A DNA stretch of 64,000 nt, from the NCBI GenBank assembly GCA_965603825.1, contig CBFDEM010000044.1, forward strand, positions 186,001-250,000, read 5' to 3'. Numbering within the stretch: the stretch's first letter is position 1; the number at the start of each line of letters is the position of its first letter. The translations under genes were made by a program, and so were the position numbers. The notes beneath the pieces are model-generated. The model made no database searches and was not told where the DNA came from. It saw nothing but the letters and a program-made list of their open reading frames with translations. This document shows positions 37,551-49,439 of this stretch, one piece after another. This DNA comes from Blepharisma stoltei ATCC 30299 (Eukaryota > Protista > Ciliophora).

Positions 37551-38768
37551 TTAATTACTTGCAGACATAGCTTCATCGTCCTTCTCCAACTTTTCCATGC
37601 CCAAATTCTTTTGATAGGAGCTTATTAATTCCAGTAGAGCTTTCATGATATCTCCAATCTCGCCTATCTTATTTTTATTGTTCTTAAATTGTCTTTTCCA
37701 GCAAAAAACGTTCAGGTATTCTTGAAGACAGCTCATTTTTCTGTATTTTCTCTTGATATCATATTTTGCCCAGCACCAAGAAATTTCGATATGCTGAGTA
37801 TGAATTTCTCTGCTGTGAGGATTTACAAAAAACCTTGAGTGGTCAACTGTAAAATGAGGAAACCCGAGCTCTGGAAGTTTATTATAAGCAGCCCATTGAT
37901 CTGAAATTATTGTAGTGCCTATTTCACAATGACTCTGAATTATTGGCAATAAATATGCAGTTGTTCTTTTTGCGACGACCTCCATATAAACTCTTTTTGA
38001 CTCTCTTTCGTACAGCCCAAACACCCACTTTTCAGGTGCACTCTGTCCAAATGAAAGAACTTTGCTTGAATTTCTGAAGCAAGACTCATCAATTTCTACA
38101 ATTCCTTTGAACTTTGGAAGAGTTCTGATGAAATGCTCTGATATGATTTTTCTAAGTTTTGCATCAATACACATGGCATCAATTTTATTGATATCAATAA
38201 GCTGAGTGATTTCTTTATCGCCAAGGTTCATCGCCCATAGGAAAATATACATCAAAATTTTATCCTGGGACAGTCTGGTGCCTTCCCAAATGCTGCCTTG
38301 AATCAGACTTTTTTGTTTGCTGCAGTCACATATGAATATATATTCATTACGCATATCATCGTGTGCAAGGACCATATCGTTCCCACATTCGCATTTCTTT
38401 TCGGTGGGAATTGCGCCTGTTTGGAGGAGGAAACTGATTGAAAGCTGTTGGTCTCTTATGATTGTGAAAAAATTGGTGGGAACTTGCATGTCGAGAAGGT
38501 AGTCTTTGAGGGAGTGCTTTTTGACGTAGGAGAGTGGAAGCTTTGACTCTGGTAGCAATGAGTTTTTGGGCATATCTGAGAAGGCAAGCTCAAGGTTTTT
38601 CAGTTTTTCTTCCAGATTGAATGTAAGGGATTTCAAATGCCGAAGGTCTTTTTGAAGCTTGTGGTTGTCTTGCTCAAAGGACCAGACTGCTGAGGCAGTT
38701 TCTAGGCAAGGGCCACATGTGAGCCAATTTTCTCTGTGAGTGGGACAGATATCGAGAAACTCTGACAT
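37551..38768 (-). CDS. Merlin/IS1595 (ISXO2-like) DDE transposase-domain protein, apparently domesticated
   Basis: VEIDESCF, WVFGLYER, LLPIIQ..GTTIISDQWAAY, TVDHS..FV, HTQHIEISW; upstream zinc ribbon; no TIRs seen. Confidence 0.9.
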   Translation of the reverse strand: MSEFLDICPTHRENWLTCGPCLETASAVWSFEQDNHKLQKDLRHLKSLTFNLEEKLKNLELAFSDMPKNSLLPESKLPLSYVKKHSLKDYLLDMQVPTNFFTIIRDQQLSISFLLQTGAIPTEKKCECGNDMVLAHDDMRNEYIFICDCSKQKSLIQGSIWEGTRLSQDKILMYIFLWAMNLGDKEITQLIDINKIDAMCIDAKLRKIISEHFIRTLPKFKGIVEIDESCFRNSSKVLSFGQSAPEKWVFGLYERESKRVYMEVVAKRTTAYLLPIIQSHCEIGTTIISDQWAAYNKLPELGFPHFTVDHSRFFVNPHSREIHTQHIEISWCWAKYDIKRKYRKMSCLQEYLNVFCWKRQFKNNKNKIGEIGDIMKALLELISSYQKNLGMEKLEKDDEAMSASN

Positions 38769-39019
38769 TTGATGATTATTTTTATAATGCTTTAACCCCC
38801 CCTAAAATCTTAAATAAATTGTATTGTATAAAAATTTATCTAAAGCCTTATGACATTTAAATTTAAAATAATAGTTACCTTTAACTTTAAATTAAGAAAT
38901 TATTTAAGCTTATATATTTACTTTGTCTTAAGGGACTGAAATAAATGGGTCTGATAATATAGGCTATATTGACTATTTGATCTTTTTGCATTTATTAACT
39001 TATGAAATACATAAATAAT

Positions 39020-39265
39020 ATGGATGAAGAAAGCGAAGAGAAATACATCGTAGAAAGTTTGGTTAAGTATCAGTATAAAGGTTTAACTGAGGCATGCTTT
39101 GATAAATGCATTACGAAATATGAGGCATCATTAACTCAAAGTAACAAAGTTTGCTTAGCCATGTGTCAAGATCGATATCAAGAAGCTTTTAGCTCCACAT
39201 TTCTAAGAATTTATGAAAAAGTAGTAAAAGGTATGAGAGAAGCCATTAACATAAGCGAAGATTAG
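39020..39265 (+). CDS. Small Tim chaperone (Tim8/9/10/13, twin CX3C)
   Basis: LTEACFDKC...KVCLAMCQDRY. Confidence 0.85.
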   Translation: MDEESEEKYIVESLVKYQYKGLTEACFDKCITKYEASLTQSNKVCLAMCQDRYQEAFSSTFLRIYEKVVKGMREAINISED

Positions 39266-39322
39266 GCTAATTAACTGATTCAATAGCTATTTTAGAGTTA
39301 CGATGAAGAAGAAATAATAAGT

Positions 39323-39805
39323 TTAAACATCAAATTGGAAATCAATGCAAAGCTGGTCTAATTGGTTCTTCAAAGTCTGTATAAATCATCCCATTTCATA
39401 TAAATCCACAGTTTTTCTTTCATAATCATCCAAAGGGTCTAACGATTTATTTGCAAATACAAAAGTCATCACTGTTGGTTGACTTTTTTTGATCTCAATA
39501 TTCAGAAGTCGGCTGAGAACCCAGACATGCCGAACAATAAGTTTCCCTTTTTTTCTTTCATAAACATACATAAACTCGTCTTCAAAACTTATTTCTCTTT
39601 CCAGAATTTTCGGTTTATTCTTGAGGATCATCCCTGTCAAGCCTTTTCGTTTTTTGATTTCTTTGCATGGAAAGAGCTGTGAGGGAAAATCAGTTATTAT
39701 ACTGCCTTTAGGCAAGGAGAGCTTGGGTAGTGTGTTTGGCATAAACGCAGGGTGCATTATTTGCTCTTCTTTTTCTTCTTCATCACCTATAGCAAAAAGA
39801 TCCAT
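39323..39805 (-). CDS. Hypothetical protein (possible PH-like fold)
   Basis: ORF extended through TGA 39386-39388 to TAA. Confidence 0.6.
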
Positions 39806-39959
39806 TTTAGCTGAAATTTTCCAATTTATTTCTCTAGATAGTTGTTAATTTATTATGCGAATTTCTTATGGTTTTATAATAAAATAATTTATGAGATTTA
39901 AGAGACTAAATTAATTATATTTTCTGAAAGAATGAGATTGAAACGTCATTAAATTGAAA

Positions 39960-40646
39960 TTACCTTGGATCCTTTTCTTTGATACTCCCTACCTTACTTG
40001 CAAGTAAAAACAAATCAATTTCTTCATATCTGCTGCTATATTCTTCATTGCTGCATTTTGACTCTTCCCGAACATAAGGCGGCATAAAATTTTCAGTGAT
40101 TTCAGTTAGCTTATAAATTTCCCGATGCTCAAAAGTAATTTCAATAAAATTATCAATAGCATCAATAACCTTGTCTTCATTAACATTAAGCGAAAATCAA
40201 TCTGTATTGCTTAGGGAAGCTTTAACCTTCTCAAAATCTTTCAAAATCGATTTAAATATCGGGACATCAGTATTTTTATTAATTCTCGTCATTCTTGCAG
40301 TCTTTTCTAATGCATTAATAAGTCCTTGCTGCATAATCATAACCTTCCTAAGCTCTTTATCCACCTTTTCATGAAAAGTTTCAAGAATTGTCTTGGAGGC
40401 TTGGATAACCTTTGTAAGCTCTTCATCAATTTTTTTCTTGGCTAAATCTATTGTTTCTAATATAAATTCTAAGTCTGAGTCGTTAATTCTCATGTACAGA
40501 AATTCTACCTTGTGGGGATTTTGGTATATTTCTTCCATATGGATCATGAGATGGCCATGGCATAAATAGATGCCATTTGAAATGCATCTGCAAATGGATT
40601 CGACCTCTTTTTCGCAGCCCTTAAAATCGCACCTTTTGCTGTTCAT
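39960..40646 (-). CDS. Hypothetical protein with B-box-like zinc finger and coiled coil
   Basis: CDFKGC..CRC..LCHGH..H; frame continues through TGA 40197-40199. Confidence 0.65.
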
Positions 40647-40688
40647 ATTTTCTAAGTAAATGATATGAGTAATATAATAATAAAATAA

Positions 40689-40850
40689 ATGTCTAAAGTC
40701 AGCTTAGGGCTCCTTGGCACCATAAGCGTTACCATAGACTGAAATAGAAGCACTCTTACCACCTTAAGGTTTTCTTAAGGCTTTAGACGTGCGCAGATTT
40801 CCAACATAAAACAAATCTGATGGTTAAATTTTCACTTGAGTGTGAATAAA
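40689..40850. ncRNA. Candidate structured non-coding RNA (identity unknown)
   Basis: Five compatible helices in 160 nt of GC-richer intergenic DNA; no known motif recognised. Confidence 0.3.
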
Positions 40851-41159
40851 AATTTTAGGATTTATGGCAATAAGTAATTAGTTAGGCATATAATTTCTTT
40901 TTGAAATCCTTTACTAATTAATATTTAAGGCAATGCTGCTGACTCAGATGACTGGCGCCTAGAATCGCTCTAATTAAAATTAATTGAGAATTTTTGATTT
41001 CAAATTTTTATACTGCAACGATTTCTTAGAACCAAAAGAAAGCTTATTGGCAAAGATATAGTTGATTGTAAGCTTCTTTAACATTATTTGAATTATCTTT
41101 TTCAAATAGATAAACTACACTAGTATGCCAGAGATTAACTCTCATTTATAGCGTTATAT

Positions 41160-42320
41160 TTATACCAAAAAAGGAGACTGCGGACTTGCTATTAACTCAG
41201 ATTGGTCACAATTTGTATTAAAAGGATTTCCTTTGCAAACCGGACATCTAGGTATATCCCTTGAGCCTTTAAACCATTCTTCAATACACTTTGAATGATA
41301 TATATGCTTACAAATCAATTTTCTCACCTCATTCCCATTAAAAAAACTATATAAAAATTACTCCTCAAAGCAAATGCAACAAGTTTTAACTCCTCACTCT
41401 GTAAGAGATTCATCAAAAATTAGTTTAGGTAAATGCAAGTCTAATAAATCGTCTGAAACGACTGAAATCGATTGATTATGCATAATCATTTCATACTGTC
41501 TTGCTCTATCTGCATTAAAATTTGCAATATTGTGGATTCTTGCATTTCTTATAGTTGATCTTACTTTATATATGCAAGCAGAGCAGCATGAAAAAACTAC
41601 CACAGACACCACAATTACCACAACAATGACGACCACTTCATTTGGAGGCTTACTTGAAGAATATTTATTTATTCTTCATTTAAAAGTTAACCCAGAATAA
41701 GTTTTATAGTCATCACCTGTAAAATAGCCTAATACAAAATAGTTTCCATCGTCAATTTTATAAGTGTTTTGGTATCCTATATTATTTATAATAATTTCAG
41801 TTGCAGAATACTGCTGGTTTCCATTTGTAATGTAATCTGGTGATAAATTGTAATAAAGTAGCTTTAAACCTCCAGTTTTATAAGTCCTTGAAAAGAAAAA
41901 TGACAATGAAACGTAGTTCGTTGAATTTGTAGTTTTATATTTGGTTAAATCAAGAACTCATACACATAAAGCTCCTTGAGAAAATGTTCCTGTTTGAATT
42001 AAGCCATCATCACTTGAAAATACTTGAGACTTCCCACAGGTTGACTAATTAAAAAATACGCTAGTAGAAGTGCACAGAGAATAGTCATTGCTTTGGCTGT
42101 TTAAGCAGTAATTTAGAGTTGGCTGGCGTTCACAATTAAGACAGGAAGTTGAGCAAGAGTTATCAGCTTTAGAACAAGTCTTTTCAGAGCAACTGTCACT
42201 AGATTAAGGTTACGTGTATCAATTTAATCCAAATGCTGAGCAGGATGAGCATTGAGTTTCACATGCTAAAGAATAAGTAAATAAGGCTAAAAGTATTCTT
42301 TTTATTTTATAATGATTCAT
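41160..42320 (-). CDS. Transmembrane RING-H2 E3 ligase with Cys-rich ectodomain
   Basis: Signal peptide, Cys-rich domain, Val-rich TM, CCICFED..CKHIYHSKCIEEW..CPVC; introns 42199-42213, 42045-42059 and 41347-41361. Confidence 0.85.
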
Positions 42321-43969
42321 ATTTTTTATAATAACTTCAGCTTATACTTACTTTTTAATTCGAAAAGACTTCATAAAAAATTGCATTTTAAGGGATTTTC
42401 TCTTAAGCATGGCCTTTTAAATACAAAAAATTTTTAGTCTAAGAAAAGCATAGCTTAGCAAATTTGAAGCTATTATTTATTTGCTTATAAAAAATAAACA
42501 TTTTCTTAATTATTTTCAAGCTTAATACGTTTATTCAAAAGCAAACTATTTAAAGCCAAAAGAGTATACTTTTCTAATAGAGATCATTTTATTACTGTAT
42601 AATAAGTAATATACATACATTAATAAAATTTCGACTTTTGAAAATAAAAAATAAAGCGATAAAGCAGATATATTCTTAACTTTCATGATATATCTAAATT
42701 TATTAATTTTAATTAGAAGCTTTGAGCTTTATCTCATTTATAAAAACTCTAAAACAGCAGCTTATTCTCAATATTAATCAAGCTAATCTTAGATCCTTCA
42801 ATGTGCTTTAGAATTTGGTTAAACAAACTCCAAAAAACAGCAAAGTTTTAGCATAAGCTCCAGATGGGCCAACTCTGAAGAATATCAGGTGGGTTGATGT
42901 CAGCCCAATCCATACTTGAGATATAAGTTAACTCTTTTTATCAGAAATTTAAGAAAAATTCTTTATAAGAATATTAATTTTAAGTATTTTCTATTGCATT
43001 TTATAATCGGTACTGGTAGAAATCACTTAGTCAGTATTTGCTCTTAGAAAAAAAAATTCTTTCAAAATTGAATCTAATATAGCTAAAACTTGGCCAGTCA
43101 ACCGCACACAAGCATGCTAAAATGCATCTAAGCCTTTCCCCATATTGAAGCAAGCATAAAGAGCCATTTTTTATTTTTTTGAACAGTTGTAACTTATAAG
43201 ATAATGAAGGTAAAAATCTTAATGAGAATTGAGCTATTTGAAGGTATCTTAGATATATAGTTTTAAGCAAATAATTTTAGGTACATTAAAAGTATTAATT
43301 TCTAATAATATCTGCATAAAGTGCTTATACACTCATTTTTTAATAAAATCAAATTTTACACAAAAGAAAGCATCTAATTCATTCTTCTTAGATATCTAAT
43401 AGCCTATCAATTGCTGATATTAAATCTCTTTCTTGTATATCTTAGAAATTCTTTGGTGACCCTTTTTAGTCAAAATTTAAATTCATCCATCATCCTGAAA
43501 GAAGCATAAAACTGCAAAAATTCAAATTCTACAACGAAGCAAAGAAGATGCTTCTTAGGGAAATATACTTAATATTTTCTTAATAATTGCTAGAAATTTT
43601 AACCAAAAAACCTGCTCTATTCATATAAAATTTTAATTGTGCCCTTATGCATAAATATACATCAATAAAACATTGAAAATCACTAATATATGCTATGGTT
43701 CAAATATTTCCACTCTTTATAGCCAATTTCATCAGAAACAGTCTTTTACTAGTTCCCGATTATATCTAATAACCTCATTATGATTTTGAAACATTTAAAA
43801 TTAAATATGAAAAAACTCGATTTTTCCTGCAAAGATAAAAATATTAAAAATAGTTTTTTAATCAAGGAACTTCTTCACATAATCATAAGAAAGCAGAGAT
43901 TCTGTTTTAGGTTCCTTCTTCAATTGATTTCTTATTAAAAAAATATATAAGATGGTAAATATAATAAAA

Positions 43970-44404
43970 ATGAAAGCTTATCGATGCAGCTACGAAGGCT
44001 GTAACCAGACATACTCAAATAAGTACAATCTCAGACGTCACGTATCAATAAATCACTATAAAGTTCGATTTACATGTCAAATTTGTGACAGAAAACTCTC
44101 ATCAGCGCAAGGATTAAGGGATCACGTCTATTGCCACACAGGCGAGAAACCCTACGCTTGTAAGTTTCCAGGATGCACCAAAAAATATCGGCAAGGAAGT
44201 CAATTATCGGTACATAAGAGAAAACATGCTAAACAACTTGGATTGAAAGATTCAGATTTTGCAGAATTAAAGGTATTTTTTATGTAGTTAACTTGACTTA
44301 TAAAAGATGAGATTCCAAAGATTTATCAAGTACCAACCAGTCCATTTGCAATTTCTAATGTCATTTTGCCACCATTGAGGGCATTTTTCGACATAAAAGT
44401 TTAA
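43970..44404 (+). CDS. C2H2 zinc-finger protein (3 fingers)
   Basis: Three C2H2 fingers with HTGEKPY; intron 44273-44287; alternative ATG at 43952. Confidence 0.85.
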
Positions 44405-45251
44405 TTTCATAATATAATCATCATAACTAAAGACCTTAAAAAGTAATACCATTAATAAGAATGATTTTTCTTGAGAGCTGAATTTATTAAAATATTTTAC
44501 CAGGGTTAAGAGCGGCTTACAAATAAGAAAATTTGACAAAATTAATTTACAGAATTTTTAAAAATTCGTATAAAATCCTCAAGCAAGGCCATAGAGTTGC
44601 AAATTCTGTTTTGAAAATTGTTAATTTGTAATAGGATATAATATTTTGAAATTGCTTTTAGAATTAATTAAAAATCATTGATTTTTAAGGTTTCGGTATC
44701 GAGTCATAGCCAGGAGCCAAACTCATTGCACCTCTTCTGATAAAATATTTAATATCTAATTGACTTATAATATTTTGGTAGAAATATTGATGTTTTTATG
44801 CTATTTTTGCCTATTCTTATATTTATTTGATTTTGATGCTTTCGTACAGGTATTATAGAGAAAAGACAAATTATTTCTAACGTAATAATTTCATTTTAAA
44901 ATTTGGCAGTTTCATTTTTGGCATTTTAGTTAAATTTTTTCTATACTTCAATAATGTACGATTAGTGAGCAGGTTCAATAATGAAGATTTCTTATAATAA
45001 TACTATTTTCAAAGTATACCTTATAAATCAGTTTAGGAATATAACGTTTAACCATGCCCATTAAGTAATATTATAGTCATAAAATTATAAATAGTCTCCT
45101 CATTCGTTTACGCTCATAAATTATATAGCTATAGTAATTCTTCAACTCATATGCTATCTAAGGCTATTTTACCAAACCTACTGTTTCTTAAACCAATTTT
45201 TGATTTCACTTAGAATCTAATCTTTAGCAATAATTTTTTAAAATTAATTTT

Positions 45252-46232
45252 TTAATCCTCAATCTCCGCCCATAGAGGCAGAGGTACTCTGAAATCTAAA
45301 TTTTGTGTAAGCTTATATCTAAATGCATGCAGTCAAATTTCAAGCTGTTTCTGGTTCTTTTTCGATCCTTGAAACTCATCATTTAACTGATCATTTTGCA
45401 CCCACTCGGCATTCGCTTGATTTATAGCCTCTCCTCCATAGCAAACATCATTAGCAATAGGGTATCCTAAATGCATCAAATGTACCCTTATTTGATGCGT
45501 TCTTCCAGTAAATGGTCTACAGTATACAACAGTTTGATTTGAGGCAGGATCAAATCCTTTCTTCTTAAAATATGTGCGGCTTGCTTTTCCTGTCTCATCC
45601 ACTTGATAAATCCCTTCTTTATGGCTTTTACATGAGATTCCAGCATCTACTTCTGTTTCACTATAAGGGAAATTTCCTTTTACTCTTGCCACATATCATT
45701 TTTCTGTTGTGTGAGTTTTTAATAAATTAGTTAAATTTTTTGCCATTTGAGCATTTTTTGCCATTATTACAGTTCCTGAAGTCACTCGGTCAAGCCGGTG
45801 TATTAAATTTAGATTTTTATAGCCAAAATCATTCTCAAGTATCGAGACAAGTGTATTTTTATTGTACATTCCAGTAGGATGGCAAGGGATTGAAGGTGGT
45901 TTATTTACAACTAAAATATTGGGGAGATCAGCACAGATTGCAATTGGAATATCAAGTACAAGAGGCTCTCGCCGAATTGTCTTATGAGTAATACAATCCC
46001 CGTTCTTGACTATGTAATTATGCTCAACTGTAAGGCCATTGACTAATATTGAACCATTCACAATTGCATTGAAATAATATTGCTCGTCAAAGGCTTTGAA
46101 ATCTTTTGTAAAAATGTCTAATATTGGTTTGTTTTGTCACCTTTCTTTGCAGTATGTTGTATAAACGTATTCATATGGCTTGATGTATCGAAACCCGATG
46201 CCTCCTATTTCGACATGCTCGTATCCAGTCAT
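45252..46232 (-). CDS. RluA-family pseudouridine synthase (Pus8/9, RPUSD2-like)
   Basis: KER-W(TGA), VNKP..CHPTG, HRLDRVTSG, TGRTHQIRVHL, GYPIAND, I-W-LHA. Confidence 0.92.
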
Positions 46233-46431
46233 GCTAAATATTTAATAAGATAGATCAATATTAATTTTATTAAGGCAAAGTAAAAGCTTATCACTGCAAA
46301 CCCCAAGATTAAATTATAGATAAGTCAGAATTATTATTTATAATAAGCAAATTCTAAGCTTATCTAATTATAAGATCTAAATTACTACTTAAATTATAAA
46401 ACAAAATATTAAGTTTGATGCTTATCTTCAT

Positions 46432-47505
46432 TTAACCCACTTTTGACTCTCTTACCCTAGATTTTATTTGTCTTTTCGGAGGATTCATGATCTCATTTAT
46501 CTTACGATAAAGTTCAGTATTTTCCTTTCTCACTTCTTCAATACTTATTGCAAGAATATTTTTTTCCTCAATTATCTGATTTACCCTGCTCATGCTTGTT
46601 TTCATATTCTCCACCTCTGCTTCAAGCCTGACATTTTCTCCGTTTAAATAATCAATTCTATCATTCAGCACTTTTACAGTCTCATTCTGCATTTTTCTTT
46701 CAGATTCCAAAGGTTTCTGCACATAATCTCCCACCCCTAAAGTATTTGACAATCTTTCGATTTCTTCTTCTCTATGTGCAGTCAGAACTTTATATCTCTG
46801 CAGTTCATCTTCCAGCCTATTTTTATTATTATACAGTTCTTCAAGTTCTTCTTGATATTTCTTAGCTCGATCGTCAGCTTTTCTCAATTCTTCAGCCCAG
46901 TCTTCATTAACCCTTTGAAATTGGCTCACAATTTCTCCGCTTCCTAATTCTCTTTCAATTTCAAACCCTTGGACTCTTCTCATTACATTTCTTTCGCTTG
47001 GTGGCAAATTGGCATTTTTTATGCCTTTTTCAAAGCTTGACAAATAAGTTTTCGATAAAAGCAAATCCACTTTGTTTTTGAGCTGCTCTTTGTCGTTTTC
47101 AAGATTTGCAATGGTGTCGCGAGTGTGCTCTATTAAATACCGCATATCTGAGATTTCACCTTCAAGTTTCCTGGTGTTTGCCCGCCAAGCTTCTTCTTTT
47201 GCGTTGAATTGTTCTTTGGTTTTCATGAGCTCGATGTGAAGGTCGTTTTTCTCTTTATTTAAACGGACAACTTCTCGCTGAAGGGGGGATTTAGAGAATT
47301 CTGTTTCTTTTGAACGCTTGGAGAGCTGCTCATTTTCTTGCTTTAGAGATTGGCAATCGTCTTTTAATTTTACCAAATCATTTAGTAAGGCTTCAACAAG
47401 TGCAACTGATTGAGGAGCGAGAGGATGGCAGTAATGAAGGGCGTCCAGGCGATTTTTTAGAGCTGGTTAGATCTTACTTTGGAATTTTTTCTCAGCTATG
47501 TCCAT
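46432..47505 (-). CDS. Short CEP135/Bld10-like coiled-coil protein (about 352 aa)
   Basis: After intron 47463-47477 the N-terminus MDIAEKKFQTLKNRLDALHYCHPLAPQSVALVEALLNDLVK resembles the CEP135 N-terminus. Confidence 0.75.
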
Positions 47506-47809
47506 TTAAATAGTTTTGTGTGTATGAAAAAATTAACAAAACTACTGTAAAAAGTACAGTTTTATGTTTTTGATAATTATATATCTCTGCATATTCCAAA
47601 TAGATAAAAACTTATCTTTGATTTAAATACGCTTTTATTTTATCATCAGTTTTAATTTTCCTTGCATAATTTTTGCTTCAAAATTTATATTACATCGATG
47701 AAATTGTTAAAAATTGATTTGAAATGCGCTCTTATAAAATAGTTCGAGAAATCAATTTATGCGACTAAAATAAACATTATAATTTTAATGATATCACGTA
47801 CAATAATAA

Positions 47810-48472
47810 ATGGTGGCCTTATTACTTCTCCAACTAACAGTAGTGTCCGCCAATTTTGCGTTTCTTTTTGACTCAGACTATGACTACTACCTTTTTGTGG
47901 TGGAGTGGAAGCCTAGTCAATGCTACTCAAGGAAATGCCCTGTTGATTACCTCAATAGCAACTTCAATATACATGGACTCTGGCCTGAGAGATGGTCAGG
48001 AACTTACCCAGAAAGCTGTGGAAGTGATTATTCATTTGAAATCTCTGAAGAGACCTCAGAATCCTTAATGTCTTATTGGCTCTCATACAATGGAGACCAA
48101 AAGGTGTTTTGGGAGCATGAATGGACAAAGCATGGAACCTGTGTTACCCCAGCAATTACTTGCAATACCTATTTTGAATTGGGAGTGCAGATGTACGAGG
48201 ACTTGAAAATTCTTGAAACCTTACAAAGCAAAGGGGTTATCCCAAGTAATGCAGTTGAGGTAAATAGAACTGCTGTCCAGACTGCATTTAGCAATACAAT
48301 TGATCTTTTATGCTTAACATACAGTAAGAAGCAATATCTCTCAACGCTTAGGTTTTGCTATGATAAGGATTTCAAAAAAATAGACTGCAAAGGATCTAAC
48401 AGCTGTAAGGCAACTTTTTGGTTCCCTCTTGCTGAGCAAGCCAACTTAATAAACTCGGTCTTCTCTGAGTAG
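47810..48472 (+). CDS. Ribonuclease T2
   Basis: Signal peptide; CAS I FNIHGLWP and CAS II FWEHEWTKHGTC. Confidence 0.95.
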   Translation: MVALLLLQLTVVSANFAFLFDSDYDYYLFVVEWKPSQCYSRKCPVDYLNSNFNIHGLWPERWSGTYPESCGSDYSFEISEETSESLMSYWLSYNGDQKVFWEHEWTKHGTCVTPAITCNTYFELGVQMYEDLKILETLQSKGVIPSNAVEVNRTAVQTAFSNTIDLLCLTYSKKQYLSTLRFCYDKDFKKIDCKGSNSCKATFWFPLAEQANLINSVFSE

Positions 48473-49439
48473 ATAAAAAATTAAGCATGATTTATCAAGA
48501 CTAATATATTTAATTTCAAATAATCAAAATTAAATTAGGTTGTTTCAAATTTTGATTATTAGTAAATTTAATTTGCTACTGTGAGTAAATGAAAGGCCTT
48601 AATGATATTTTTGCATTTTAATAAATTATAATGCTTAAAATTCCTTATTTGATATAAAGTGATTTTTGCCTAATTTCGAAGATATAATAAGCATAAAGCT
48701 TGTCTATTTGTGCAATATAAATAATTTATAGATTTAAGGATTTTGCTATAATTCACAAAAAATATTTAGAAATCTTACTGACTCATGACTTTACGCTCTC
48801 TTTTATTTTGAATATTTCCAAAAATTTGCTGTTAAACATCAGCATATGAATATCAAAAATATGTATTAATTTTATATTAAAATCTTGACGCTAAGCTTTT
48901 AGGCATGCTTATGTAAAATAGTTTTTCAAGTGAATCTATAATATAATATGCTTATAATATGAATGCCATGCAATCCCATTCCCAGCAAAATGGATTTTAT
49001 TAAATGATCTGATAATTCGATAATTGAATAAAGTATCGTTTATGTAAGATGAATTTTTATAAAACAATGGATTATAATATTAGAGTATGTAGTGCTTAAA
49101 TCATATTGACCATTTTATTCTTACAAAAATCTTAAAAGAGACTTAGCTATTTTTATATATTAAGAAAATAGTAACTAAAGAATCTTCATATATATATAAA
49201 TAACTCTATTTCAAATCACAAAAGATAAAACATAATAATCTGATAATCATAACAAAAATACTGACTGATTTATAAATTTTCAGATTAAGATGTAGAATTT
49301 CTCAGCTTATAACTACTATCATGTACACTAATTTTGAGCATTTTTTAACGCAGAAACACGAAAATAATTGTAATAATTAAAAATTTAGCTAATTCTTAAC
49401 GTTTTAATGTGACTTTATATTATAAAAAACCGTAAAAAT

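Noticed and set aside
37534-38830. Active Merlin transposon
   Set aside because: No TIR or TSD visible; abuts a host gene
40689-40850. Telomerase RNA, U snRNA, SRP or RNase P/MRP identity
   Set aside because: No telomeric template and none of the diagnostic conserved boxes recognised; kept only as an unnamed candidate
42840-43270. 79-aa ORF and small hairpin GGGTTGATGTCAGCCC
   Set aside because: No ATG-led coherent model or recognisable domain; a single short hairpin is expected by chance
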